Assembly (NCBI GenBank): GCA_020344395.1
Contig: CP070824.1
Location: 2,227,470-2,264,785 of the forward strand
Direction of reading: 5' to 3'
Length of the DNA: 37,316 bases
From: Candidatus Zixiibacteriota bacterium
GTDB lineage: Bacteria > Zixibacteria > MSB-5A5 > GN15 > FEB-12
Program-made: the position numbers and the translations under genes
The notes under the pieces: generated by a model
Told to the model about the DNA's origin: nothing
Seen by the model: the letters and a program-made list of their open reading frames with translations, nothing else
The model's database searches: none
Shown: positions 16,682-25,883 of the stretch, in pieces
Layout: every line of letters begins with the position of its first letter
How positions within the stretch are numbered: the first letter of the stretch is position 1

Positions 16682-16840
16682 AGTGAAACGGTTCGAGAAA
16701 TTAGCTTAACTTCTCTATCGCCAGCGACTTAGCTAATGGCCGGCGTCGTGAAATCTCGCCCGCAACTCAGATTGTGGAAATTGTTACCACCGCTGTGGGA
16801 AAATAGTTCAAGGCAAGCGATAATGGTACCGTCAGTCATT

Positions 16841-17110
16841 TCAACCTACCAGGCCGGGGATGAGGGTGAAAATGTGGCGGGCAAAATCAGTCAAAGTGTT
16901 GATCATCCAGGGCAGGAAAATTAACAGAGCCAGCGCCACAGCCAGAATCTTGGGCACGAACGTTAATGTCATCTCGTTGATCTGGGTGACAGCCTGGAAG
17001 ACAGATACGATCAGGCCGATGATCAACCCGAACGCCAGCATCGGTCCGGCCACCAGCAAGACAACAGTCAACGCTTCACGACCAATACCTACTACCATCT
17101 GGGGGGTCAT
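16841..17110 (-). CDS. fliQ: Flagellar export protein FliQ
   Basis: VSVFQAVTQINEMTLTFVPKI. Confidence 0.97.
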   Translation of the reverse strand: MTPQMVVGIGREALTVVLLVAGPMLAFGLIIGLIVSVFQAVTQINEMTLTFVPKILAVALALLIFLPWMINTLTDFARHIFTLIPGLVG

Positions 17111-17124
17111 TACAGTCTACCCTC

Positions 17125-17877
17125 CTATACCTTAAACGACTCAATAAGAGATTTCACCAGCAGGTACCATCCGTCGACAAGAACAAACAGGAGAATCTTG
17201 AATGGCAACGAAACAATAATAGGCGGTAGCATCATCATCCCCATAGATAACAGAACCGATGCCACCACCATGTCGATAACCAAGAACGGAATAAAAATGA
17301 CAAACGCTATTTGAAAGGCCGTGCGCAATTCCGAGATTACGAATCCCGGAATGAGAACGTGCAACGGAACATCATCCGGTGTCTCCGGTTGATCCAGTCC
17401 CGCAATGCTTACAAACAGGGCCAGATCCTGTTCTCTCGTCTGAGCCATCATGAATTTGCGGAAGGGAGCGGCGCTCTTGTCATATGCTTCCTCCCCGCTT
17501 ATTTCACCGTCGAGGTACGGCCTGATACCCTCGTCGTAAGACTTGTTCGCCACCGGTGCCATGACAAAAAACGTCAGAAACAGTGCCAGCCCGACCAGGA
17601 GTTGGTTGGGAGGCATCTGCTGCGCACCCATGGCATGCCTGAGAAACGACAGCACCACGGCAATACGCACAAATGATGTTGCCATGATGAGAAGAGCCGG
17701 AGCCAGTGAAAGCACTGTCAGCAACACCACGATTTGCAGCGTAGTCGACAGATCCGAGGGAGACGTGGCCTCCTCAACTCCAACAGATATCTTGGGGAGA
17801 GACTGCGCCGCGCTCGACGCCGCCAGGATAACTAGAATTATGCCGGCCAACAGAACCGGCCTCAGGGCTTTTTGCAT
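17125..17877 (-). CDS. fliP: Flagellar export protein FliP
   Basis: TSFVRIAVV, PPNQ, SELRTAFQI, GMMMLPP, FVLVDGW. Confidence 0.98.
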   Translation of the reverse strand: MQKALRPVLLAGIILVILAASSAAQSLPKISVGVEEATSPSDLSTTLQIVVLLTVLSLAPALLIMATSFVRIAVVLSFLRHAMGAQQMPPNQLLVGLALFLTFFVMAPVANKSYDEGIRPYLDGEISGEEAYDKSAAPFRKFMMAQTREQDLALFVSIAGLDQPETPDDVPLHVLIPGFVISELRTAFQIAFVIFIPFLVIDMVVASVLLSMGMMMLPPIIVSLPFKILLFVLVDGWYLLVKSLIESFKV

Positions 17878-17956
17878 ATCCTATATCTCTTGTTTCAACA
17901 CCGCAACATCCATGTCACGGTGATTTATCACGGCTACTGACCGTGACTCCTGCCGG

Positions 17957-18535
17957 TCAGCCTTCCTGAGCCGCCGGATCTCGTTGCAGACCAAGCTGCC
18001 GTAGTCTACTAGAAGCACCGCCCAATAGGCGTGCGAAACTACCCGGTTCCTCCTTTTCCGATTCGCCCGCAAGGATCACCGCTGTTTCGTCGGCGTCCAT
18101 TTCCGTAAGGATAGATATCTGAGCGTCCGTGACCCCTACCAGGACCGACCGATCAGCCACTCGGATCAGCGACACGGTCTTCTTGGGGCCGACGTAGGTC
18201 GACTGGATTACCTCAAGCAACGCTTTACGACCGGAGCGGCGCTGGCGAGAGGACATCAGCCGTTTCAGCAGATACAATCCTAAATACACCAATATGATCA
18301 CTACGACCAACGCGCTGATCATCTTGAGCATGCTCCACACCGGAGTTGCAGGTGCAAACCCGGATGAGGATTGACTCGTGCCCGATCCTTCCGCTTCAAC
18401 TTTCTGCCTTTCGCCGGTCGGCACCACGCGATCGGCGGAGACAGGGTCGATGTCGATGATGACCAGGCCGGTGACCGCAAGCACCAGGATGATCGTCACC
18501 ACCACGAACACGTTCCGGTCGCGTTTTTTACTCAT
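17957..18535 (-). CDS. fliO: Flagellar protein FliO/FliZ
   Basis: TM helix then LEVIQSTYVGPKKTVSLIRVADRSVLVGVTDAQISILTE; lies between fliN and fliP. Confidence 0.88.
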   Translation of the reverse strand: MSKKRDRNVFVVVTIILVLAVTGLVIIDIDPVSADRVVPTGERQKVEAEGSGTSQSSSGFAPATPVWSMLKMISALVVVIILVYLGLYLLKRLMSSRQRRSGRKALLEVIQSTYVGPKKTVSLIRVADRSVLVGVTDAQISILTEMDADETAVILAGESEKEEPGSFARLLGGASSRLRQLGLQRDPAAQEG

Positions 18536-19205
18536 CGGCCAGTGCCTTTAGCCGTTCTTCCGGCGTCATCAATTGTGTGATGCGGAGTCCGAAATTCTCG
18601 TCGACAACTACCACTTCACCGCGTGCGACGACCTTGTAGTTTATCAACAGATCGACTGGCTCTCCTGCCAGCTTGTTCAGCTCGACGACCGACCCGGGGC
18701 CAAGCGCGAGAATATCAGATATCGGCATTTTGGTCCGACCCAGTTCAATCGAAACCGGCAAGTCCACGTCCATGAGCAGGTCGATGTTACGCGGTTCCGG
18801 ACTGGAAGCAGGCTCCTGCAACTGCTGGAACTCGACGCTGGACACAGGTGCCGATCCAAAATTGATATCATCGGGCGAACCCGCCGCGTCTTCCTCAGGC
18901 AGATCCTCCAGCATTGCCATCATGGCTGCCTCTGCCTCCGGATCGTTGGCATCTCTGTCATTAACAGCTTCGGACTCGTCGCTCTCCACCGATGGCTGTT
19001 CTCCGGGAGTCTCGACGAGTTCGTCGGCAGGCGCGTCGCCAACGGCCTCAGCCTCTGGACTTGCCTCCGCCTCTTCTACCGCCGGTTTGTCCTCTTCCGC
19101 CACAGGCGACTCGCTGGAATCATCGACTGCCTCTGGCCGGTCCGCCGACACATTCTCCGACGGTTCAGCGTCCGGGGACATTTCCATGTCCTTCTCGTCA
19201 GTCAT
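18528..19205 (-). CDS. fliN: Flagellar motor switch protein FliN with long acidic N-terminal extension
   Basis: NIDLLMDVDLPVSIELGRT...LNKLAGEPVD...GEVVVVDENFGLRI SPOA domain. Confidence 0.93.
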   Translation of the reverse strand: MTDEKDMEMSPDAEPSENVSADRPEAVDDSSESPVAEEDKPAVEEAEASPEAEAVGDAPADELVETPGEQPSVESDESEAVNDRDANDPEAEAAMMAMLEDLPEEDAAGSPDDINFGSAPVSSVEFQQLQEPASSPEPRNIDLLMDVDLPVSIELGRTKMPISDILALGPGSVVELNKLAGEPVDLLINYKVVARGEVVVVDENFGLRITQLMTPEERLKALADE

Positions 19206-20202
19206 TCTCCATCTCCTCGCTTACATTGTCGTGTATTTCGATTACCTGGAAGGCGCGCTTCTTTCCGCTGACGCCGGGACTGGCAATCATCTTCTTCTTC
19301 CTGTTGACACAAATATCTATGCTCTCGCTGATTTTCTTCTCGGAAGGGACTACATCACCAACCTTCAGATTCATGAAATCCTGCATCTTCAGCTTCGTCT
19401 GAAGAAGCTCCGCGGATACAAAGGTCGGGACCTGTTTCACGTTGTGGATATTCGTCTGGCGGTCGGAGTCCTGTGCTTTTTTCTTGGTGGCATCGATCCA
19501 GTTCTGCGCCGAGAGCTTACCCACGATCGGTTCGAGAGAAACGTACGGATAACAAATGGTAAGCAATCCGGTCGACTGGAAGAGACGTGCCTGAAATGAA
19601 ATCACCACAACTGTTTCACCGGGCGGCACGATCTGGATGAACTGCGGATTTGTTTCGAAGCTCTTCTGATCAATATTGATCTGAACCAGGTGCTCCCACG
19701 ATTTGGTGAGTTCACCGTATAGCCGCTGGACCAGACGGGACAGCACCGACCGCTCGATCCCGGTCAGTTCTCTTTCCGTCTCCAGAGTCTTGCCGTGCCC
19801 GCCGAACATGCGATCAATCACCGCGAACGACAGGGTCGGGTTGAAATCCACCAGACACACCGCGTCCAGCGGCTCCGCCGAAAACGTGTATGTGCACGAC
19901 GGCGACACCAGTGACATGATGAACTCCGAATAGGTGATCTGGTCGACCGAAACCAGATCCACATCGACAATGGTCCGAAGCACCGCTGACAACATTGATC
20001 CGAAATGCCCGGCGAAGTTGTCGTGAAGGTTCTCCAGTGTCCTGATCTGATCTTTGGAGACCCGGTTGGGATGCTTGAAGTCGTAGGCAACGACCGACCG
20101 AAGATTCTCCTCCCGGTATTCGGCACCCCTCGGCTCCTCATCGCCTGCTGTGACGGTCGTCAACAGGGCATCAATTTCATCCTGTGAAAGAATCTTGGCC
20201 AC
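19198..20202 (-). CDS. fliM: Flagellar motor switch protein FliM
   Basis: CheY-binding LSQDEIDALL, YDFKHPNRVSKDQIR, IDRMFGG, ETNPQF. Confidence 0.97.
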   Translation of the reverse strand: MAKILSQDEIDALLTTVTAGDEEPRGAEYREENLRSVVAYDFKHPNRVSKDQIRTLENLHDNFAGHFGSMLSAVLRTIVDVDLVSVDQITYSEFIMSLVSPSCTYTFSAEPLDAVCLVDFNPTLSFAVIDRMFGGHGKTLETERELTGIERSVLSRLVQRLYGELTKSWEHLVQINIDQKSFETNPQFIQIVPPGETVVVISFQARLFQSTGLLTICYPYVSLEPIVGKLSAQNWIDATKKKAQDSDRQTNIHNVKQVPTFVSAELLQTKLKMQDFMNLKVGDVVPSEKKISESIDICVNRKKKMIASPGVSGKKRAFQVIEIHDNVSEEMEND

Positions 20203-20212
20203 GTCTTAATCC

Positions 20213-20809
20213 CTATTGAAGCACGAAGTCCGTATAGTAGACTCCTTCTATTTCATCCGTATCCAGCAACTGCGAGACACGCTTCTTGATTTGGTAGCGT
20301 ATTACTTCCTTCTGCTTGACGTCCGTTAACTGGGCCACCGTCTTGGAGGACAGAATGGTGATCAGGGCATCGCGCACCAGCGGCTCCCGGCCCTCGAATT
20401 CCTGGGCCATTTCCGCCGACGCAAGATCGAAGCCGAACGACACAGAAAGGAATCTCGACCCTCCAGTGCCGGCCGGGTTGACCACTATATCCTGAATACT
20501 GTAGACCACGGACTGGCTGGCCTCACCCTGGCCCTTCCTGCTCTTCTTCTTCGGCTTGGGTTTTGGCTTTTCCTCCGGCTCCTTATCGTTGGCCGCCGCG
20601 ACTTCCTCGGTGTCGGTAGTCGACCCGCCGTCCGATCCCGCCATCATGGGGCGAACCACAAAGAGCGCGAGCACTATCCCCAGCAGGACTACACCCAGAC
20701 CGATACCGCCGAACAAGAACAGCTTACTGTTCCCCCCCCTTTCAGTTCCTTCCTCGGCAACTGTTTCCTCTCCAACTTCAACCGTCGTTTTTTCATCATC
20801 CGCAGGCAT
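20213..20809 (-). CDS. fliL: Flagellar basal body-associated protein FliL
   Basis: Single TM; VVNPAGTGGSRFL, VRDALITILSSKT, VYYTDFVLQ. Confidence 0.93.
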   Translation of the reverse strand: MPADDEKTTVEVGEETVAEEGTERGGNSKLFLFGGIGLGVVLLGIVLALFVVRPMMAGSDGGSTTDTEEVAAANDKEPEEKPKPKPKKKSRKGQGEASQSVVYSIQDIVVNPAGTGGSRFLSVSFGFDLASAEMAQEFEGREPLVRDALITILSSKTVAQLTDVKQKEVIRYQIKKRVSQLLDTDEIEGVYYTDFVLQ

Positions 20810-20821
20810 AGCATACTCCCG

Positions 20822-21037
20822 TCAACTGGCGGCGTCGGGACCCGGAGTCAGGCTCCGGGTCGTCGACATCCGCTTGAAATCGGCCACTCGATCGATGATC
20901 TGGTCGATCGTCTCCTTGACCATGATCTTCTTGCCCGTGGTAAGGGTTATCATGGTCTCCGGGATCGACTCCAGAAACTCAATCAGGTCGGCGTTTATGA
21001 CCACTTGCGCGTCGTTTATCCGCGTTACTCGTATCAT
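20822..21037 (-). CDS. flbD: Flagellar protein FlbD (SwrD)
   Basis: MIRVTRIND..VVINADLIEFLESIPETMITLTTGKKIMVKE. Confidence 0.93.
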   Translation of the reverse strand: MIRVTRINDAQVVINADLIEFLESIPETMITLTTGKKIMVKETIDQIIDRVADFKRMSTTRSLTPGPDAAS

Positions 21038-21042
21038 CTAAG

Positions 21043-23046
21043 TTATCTCTTCAAGTTCACCAGTTCATCCAGCATGCTATCGGATGTAGTGATGATCCTG
21101 GCATTGGCCTGAAAACCACGCTGAGCTGTGATCATGCCCGTGAATTCCTGGGCAATATCAACAGCCGATGACTCCAGCGTTCCGGATGTAATCTCACCTG
21201 CGATGGTGGCGCCGGCGATCCCTTCTATGGCGTCACCGGAGTTGGCCGAGGTCTGGTAGAATGAACGTCCGGCCTTGCGCAAGCCGGCCTGGTTCGTGAA
21301 ATCGGCCAGCATTATCTGCGCCAGGATTCGGCTGACACCATTTGAGAAGATGCCCGAGATATTTCCGCTCTGATCGATGGAAATGTTCTCGAGAACGCCC
21401 AGACCGTACCCGTCCTGCTGGACAAAGGTGGCGTCGTGCCTTCCTGAGGCAAATTGCGTCAAACCATCATATTCGCCGATGGTGCCGGCATCGTAGGCGA
21501 TCCGCATGATGCTCGCGCCGTTGCGCGGGTCGATGGTAACTGCTGTGGCGCCGCCGAAATACTCGAATGAGTTCAGGGAGCCGTCACTGTTGAAAGAGAC
21601 AAAACCGGTCTCACCACCGGTAATCACCTCGATGCCCGTCAACGAAGTTGTCCATTCCCAGCGGTTATCCACGATTGATTTGAAAAACTCTATCATAAGA
21701 GTGTGTTTACCGCCAAGTGAATCGAAAACGTTAATCGATGTTGACCACAGAGTTGGATCCGTCTGAACGATCAGATCGCCCGCCGTGGCACTGATCCCGT
21801 TCGGCGAAGTCAAGATTACACCGCCGCCACCCAGCCCGTCCAGACCGGTCACCAGGCCGGTAGTGTCATTGAATATGAGGTCCAGCGTGGTCATAACCGG
21901 ACCTGCAGCCGCCCCATAACCACGATCGGGCAGGAAAGTGTCAGTGGCGACAAAAGTCGAAGCCGCGCCGCCAGTCGAACTGATCCGCGATCCTACTCCG
22001 GAAACACCAAAGATCACTCCGAGGATATTCCCGGCCGTTGCTCCTCCGCCGGCTCCTGTTGTTAATTGACCATCCACTGCAGCCAGTGAATCAAAATAGT
22101 AGTCCGACGGGGCACCCGCCTTGTCTCGCACTATCTGGATTTCGCCGCCGGTAAGAGAGGCTGTCACACCGTTGATCTGATTGATGAAGTTAACTAAGTC
22201 GCCGACAGTCGTTGAGCTATCCAGACCGTCAATTCTCTGCTCGGTGCCGCCGTCCACAGATAGGCCGAAGTCATCGAATATGGTCACCCCAAGGTCGCCC
22301 AGTGTCATGCTGGCCCCCAGGTTTCCTATCAATCCGCCGGTCCCGTCATTGCCGACATTGCTGCCGGTGAAGGATGACTGAACGGCCTGCGCTCCGGTGA
22401 TCGTTATCGTGTGCGTACCGCCAACCCCATCCACGGCTTTCCCGCTGACCTGATCGATGCCGGAAGTTCCGGAGCTAATAAGATGGGGCCAGGAATCGGT
22501 GGCCGTTGCATTGATGTTTTTGGCCAGCGTCACCAGTTCCGTCGGCTTGGCCGGATCCTGCTGACCGAACGGCAGCGTTATGTTTTCGATAACGGCTATC
22601 GACGGAATGACCCCGCTGGCATCGGCCAGCTTACCCTGGACAAACAGACCGGTCGACGGGTCGACCAGGTTTGAGTCGGCGTCAAAGCCGAAACCGCCTG
22701 CCCGGGTGTAGAACGTATTTCCATTGTTATCAGCCAGGATAAAGAATCCTGCCCCCTGAATGGCCAGGTCAGTGATCTGACCGGTGGTTTCCAGACCACC
22801 CTGCAGGAACATGTTGTCAATTGCTGCCACCTGCATTCCCAGACCCAGTTGCTGCGGGTTGGTTCCGCCGGTCACCGCACTCGGCCGACCGGCCCCCTTG
22901 AACGTCTGAACCAACGCCTCCTGGAAATTAACGCGACCAGGTTTGTATCCGATCGTGTTGACATTGGCGATATTGTTGCCAATGACATTCATCTTCACCT
23001 GGTGGTTCTTCAGACCGGACACGCCGGCAAATAATGAACCCATCAT
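21043..23046 (-). CDS. flgE: Flagellar hook protein FlgE (long form)
   Basis: GVSGL...IGNNIANVNTIGYK, DLAIQGAGFF, YTRAG, VFDSLG, LESSAVDIAQEFTGMITAQRGFQANARIITTSD. Confidence 0.96.
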   Translation of the reverse strand: MMGSLFAGVSGLKNHQVKMNVIGNNIANVNTIGYKPGRVNFQEALVQTFKGAGRPSAVTGGTNPQQLGLGMQVAAIDNMFLQGGLETTGQITDLAIQGAGFFILADNNGNTFYTRAGGFGFDADSNLVDPSTGLFVQGKLADASGVIPSIAVIENITLPFGQQDPAKPTELVTLAKNINATATDSWPHLISSGTSGIDQVSGKAVDGVGGTHTITITGAQAVQSSFTGSNVGNDGTGGLIGNLGASMTLGDLGVTIFDDFGLSVDGGTEQRIDGLDSSTTVGDLVNFINQINGVTASLTGGEIQIVRDKAGAPSDYYFDSLAAVDGQLTTGAGGGATAGNILGVIFGVSGVGSRISSTGGAASTFVATDTFLPDRGYGAAAGPVMTTLDLIFNDTTGLVTGLDGLGGGGVILTSPNGISATAGDLIVQTDPTLWSTSINVFDSLGGKHTLMIEFFKSIVDNRWEWTTSLTGIEVITGGETGFVSFNSDGSLNSFEYFGGATAVTIDPRNGASIMRIAYDAGTIGEYDGLTQFASGRHDATFVQQDGYGLGVLENISIDQSGNISGIFSNGVSRILAQIMLADFTNQAGLRKAGRSFYQTSANSGDAIEGIAGATIAGEITSGTLESSAVDIAQEFTGMITAQRGFQANARIITTSDSMLDELVNLKR

Positions 23047-23058
23047 TTTTAGGTTACC

Positions 23059-23106
23059 TCCTCGCGGTTACGCAAGGTCTCCCCATCTCTTATGGGGACC
23101 GACCCT
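23059..23106 (-). promoter_or_regulatory. Structured flgE 5' leader (two adjacent hairpins, the second touching the SD)
   Basis: GGTC-GG-TCCCCAT-AAGAG-ATGGGGA-GACC, then CTTGCG-TAAC-CGCGAG overlapping GAGGAGG; no U-tract. Confidence 0.5.
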
Positions 23107-23140
23107 GTACCTTGTTTATATGTTAGCTTACAATCTGTCA

Positions 23141-23539
23141 TCACAGTATCACAGCCGAGTCAATTGAGGTCACAACACCGTCCCGGAGATTCTCGCGATC
23201 GAACACCGTCACCACCGTTCGGTTCTTCACCGACACCACCAGCGCCGTATCATCCAGAAGCACGAGGGTTTCCCGTGAACCTTTCCCCGACGCTTTATCA
23301 ATAGCGCCAGCGATTCGGCCCAGTTGATCGTCGGTTAACTCGATTTTGCGTGAAAACAGCCTGCGTGAGGCGTGTTTCGAAAACGACACCGACCGGTCGG
23401 CCGCCAGTTCCCGGGAGAACATCTCGCGGAATGACTTGCCGTCCGACTCGTTGGCCGTCCTGGGTAGTCGACCACGCTCGGCGATCTCCAGCAAGTTGAC
23501 CGGTCGCTGATAGTTGGCTACACTCACACCTTCTGACAT
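23141..23539 (-). CDS. Flagellar operon protein TIGR02530 (Flg_new)
   Basis: FSKHASRRL..RKI, KASGKGSRETLVL, VVSVKNRTVVT, VVTSIDSAVI; lies between flgD and flgE. Confidence 0.9.
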   Translation of the reverse strand: MSEGVSVANYQRPVNLLEIAERGRLPRTANESDGKSFREMFSRELAADRSVSFSKHASRRLFSRKIELTDDQLGRIAGAIDKASGKGSRETLVLLDDTALVVSVKNRTVVTVFDRENLRDGVVTSIDSAVIL

Positions 23540-23573
23540 ACTCTGATCTCTCCTTCACTCACCCGGTGATTCG

Positions 23574-24269
23574 TTATTCCCCGCCACTGCTGCCGCCCGG
23601 CTCACCCACGGTTTTCACATCGCCCAGAGCGATTTCCGTCCCGTCGACCATCAGAAAGGCGACACCGTCCCGGTAAATGACCGATGACACCACACCGATC
23701 AAGGAAAGACGCGGCGTCATCGACGAACCGGCTAATGATGTCCCGCTCGCACTTACCGTGTAGAAGCCTTCTGCTACTCGATTGCCGCGCTCGTCTTTCC
23801 CATCCCACTGGACGTTCCCGTTACCGGCGTTTGCATCTTCGACCGTTAATGTACGAACCACATTTCCTTCGGCATCAATGATCTGGAATTCGAGCATCCT
23901 GGCCGGCTCTGAACAATAGTATGAAACGGTCGGCTGGTTCTGATCGTTAAGGTAGACGCCCGAAAAATCAGCTTCGATCTCCCGGCCGATGAAGCCAGCC
24001 GCCATTACGTTATTCATTGACTGCATTTGCAGATAATCCCACTGATTGGACGCCTCTATTCCGCTGGCGATGTTGCTCATCTGTTCCAGTGTCGAGAACT
24101 GCGCCAGTTGTGCGATGAAATCCTCGTCCTCCATCGGTTTCAGCGGGTCCTGGTGACGAAGTTTCGTAACCATCAATTGAAGAAAATCGTCCTTCCCCAG
24201 CACGCGCTGGGATCCGGTGGCCTTCGCACTGCCATCCGGATTAGTCTGAATAGGAGATATGAACGACAT
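23574..24269 (-). CDS. flgD: Flagellar hook capping protein FlgD
   Basis: [36 protein letters not shown]; FlgD-Ig WDGKDERG. Confidence 0.96.
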   Translation of the reverse strand: MSFISPIQTNPDGSAKATGSQRVLGKDDFLQLMVTKLRHQDPLKPMEDEDFIAQLAQFSTLEQMSNIASGIEASNQWDYLQMQSMNNVMAAGFIGREIEADFSGVYLNDQNQPTVSYYCSEPARMLEFQIIDAEGNVVRTLTVEDANAGNGNVQWDGKDERGNRVAEGFYTVSASGTSLAGSSMTPRLSLIGVVSSVIYRDGVAFLMVDGTEIALGDVKTVGEPGGSSGGE

Positions 24270-24281
24270 GTTTAAGGCCTC

Positions 24282-25883
24282 CTAGGCATAAAGATTGACC
24301 CCGTACCGGCTGATCTCTCCTACCGAAGAAGGAGTTGCCATCGACATCAATTGTTCCGTCTCATTTGCAGAATCTCTGGTAATTGCGGCACCCCGGCTGC
24401 GCAATCTACTGGAAAAGTGCGGTCGTCTTTCATAGAACGGAAGGCGCTCCTCCCCACCGCCTACTGTCACTTCCAAGTGATCGACCTTGATACCGGCCCG
24501 CGAAAGCTGATCATTCAATTGATGGAGAGAACTTTCAACGGCTGCCTTGGCCTGCACTGAATCGACAACGACCCGTGCCACCAGAGCATCTCCTCGCATA
24601 CACAGATTTAGTCGCGCCGGTCCGAGATGTTCCGGCTCTACCTTGATCATGATCGTCTGGTTGTGGGGCCTGAAGGACTGCTGAAAGCGATCCGGCAAGA
24701 TAAACCTGATCGATTCGGACTGATGGAGGCGATCCGTCGGGTTTGTCGACTTGTCGCTACTGTCGGCTGACAGATCAGTCGAAGCACGATTCGGGGTCAC
24801 CGGTCTGGTCTGATCGGTTCTGGCTTGATCGGCCAGTGTCAATTCCTGGATCATCTGCCTGTCCTTAACCTCAACGGCGGCCTTTCGAAGGGTTGCGCTG
24901 TCTCTGGGCTTGGCGGACTGTTCATCATGCAGGTCCGCCTCAGGATCGTCAGGATCAGACGTCTGGAACAGGGGCTCTTGGGCCTGGCCCGATGGCTCCG
25001 GTTGACGATCACCCACAGGGCGCTTTTCAACTGTCCTGGGATCGAGTTCGGTAAGGGAAAGGCTTGCCCTGACGTAAGATTCATGGCCCGCATTCTCAAC
25101 AAACAGCCTTACTTCAACTTTGTCATCACTCGCTTCCGCCGGATGGTGAGCGGTTGTGGGCAGGATCTCTATCGCCTTGACGTTTACTTTCGCCGCAACG
25201 TCGGCAAGCAGCTGCATCGACACCGCCGGTGTTTTCAGGGCAACCCGACTCGGACCGGCCGATCCCTTCATGCCGGACAACTTGCCCGAATCAGGTAACG
25301 ACGAATCCCCGGGATCCGCCAGCAGTTCTTTAGCAATTGAAAGTCTTATAGGTTGCGGATCTGATTTATCAGTCTCGATAACATCGAGTTCAATCTTATT
25401 ATCATACGATAGTGATTTAACAACCTCATACTTCCCGGGCCCGAGTTCCACCGGTAGCAGGGTGGTCAGATCATGAATCTCACGAATCGGCAGAGCGCGA
25501 AAATCCAGTTGCCGGACCCCATGCTCAGCTTGTTTGTCCGAAGTTAACGACGTTTTGTCCGCTATGACATTCACGTCAGAAGGGTTTGATAGTCGCTCGT
25601 CCGCCACGCCGGGGGTCAGTGCGTTCATCAGGGACCTGGAAACGAACTGCGGCTGGCAAGTCGACTCCGGCGGCAGTTCTGCATTCAGCAGCATGTCAAA
25701 CGACGGCTGTTCCTCCCCGACCAGCGTCATCCTGCCCTGCGCCGGCTGCAGAAGTAATCCCAGGACATCGGCAAACCGCTGACCTTCAACGACCCCGTTC
25801 ATAGCCGGGACTTCGCCGAGCCCGGGTTGGTCAGCAATGCCCGGAAACATGTCCAGAAGATTTTCTGATGGCGCTAACATCAA
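24282..25883 (-). CDS. fliK: Flagellar hook-length control protein FliK
   Basis: Long low-complexity N-terminal region; C-terminal IKVEPEHLGPARL...LHQLNDQLSRAGIKVDHLEV domain; upstream of flgD. Confidence 0.85.
   Translation of the reverse strand: MMLAPSENLLDMFPGIADQPGLGEVPAMNGVVEGQRFADVLGLLLQPAQGRMTLVGEEQPSFDMLLNAELPPESTCQPQFVSRSLMNALTPGVADERLSNPSDVNVIADKTSLTSDKQAEHGVRQLDFRALPIREIHDLTTLLPVELGPGKYEVVKSLSYDNKIELDVIETDKSDPQPIRLSIAKELLADPGDSSLPDSGKLSGMKGSAGPSRVALKTPAVSMQLLADVAAKVNVKAIEILPTTAHHPAEASDDKVEVRLFVENAGHESYVRASLSLTELDPRTVEKRPVGDRQPEPSGQAQEPLFQTSDPDDPEADLHDEQSAKPRDSATLRKAAVEVKDRQMIQELTLADQARTDQTRPVTPNRASTDLSADSSDKSTNPTDRLHQSESIRFILPDRFQQSFRPHNQTIMIKVEPEHLGPARLNLCMRGDALVARVVVDSVQAKAAVESSLHQLNDQLSRAGIKVDHLEVTVGGGEERLPFYERRPHFSSRLRSRGAAITRDSANETEQLMSMATPSSVGEISRYGVNLYA

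Noticed and set aside
18573-19599. Long plus-strand ORFs (e.g. 18673-19599; also 1469-2110, 2990-3739, 5084-5776, 35476-36294)
   Set aside because: Antisense shadows of well-supported minus-strand genes in GC-rich DNA; no motifs
22505-22580. Spirochaete-type lysinoalanine cross-link site in FlgE
   Set aside because: The equivalent segment reads FGQQDPAKPTELVTLAKNIN and lacks the Cys of the ACNL-type motif and the Lys of GQK
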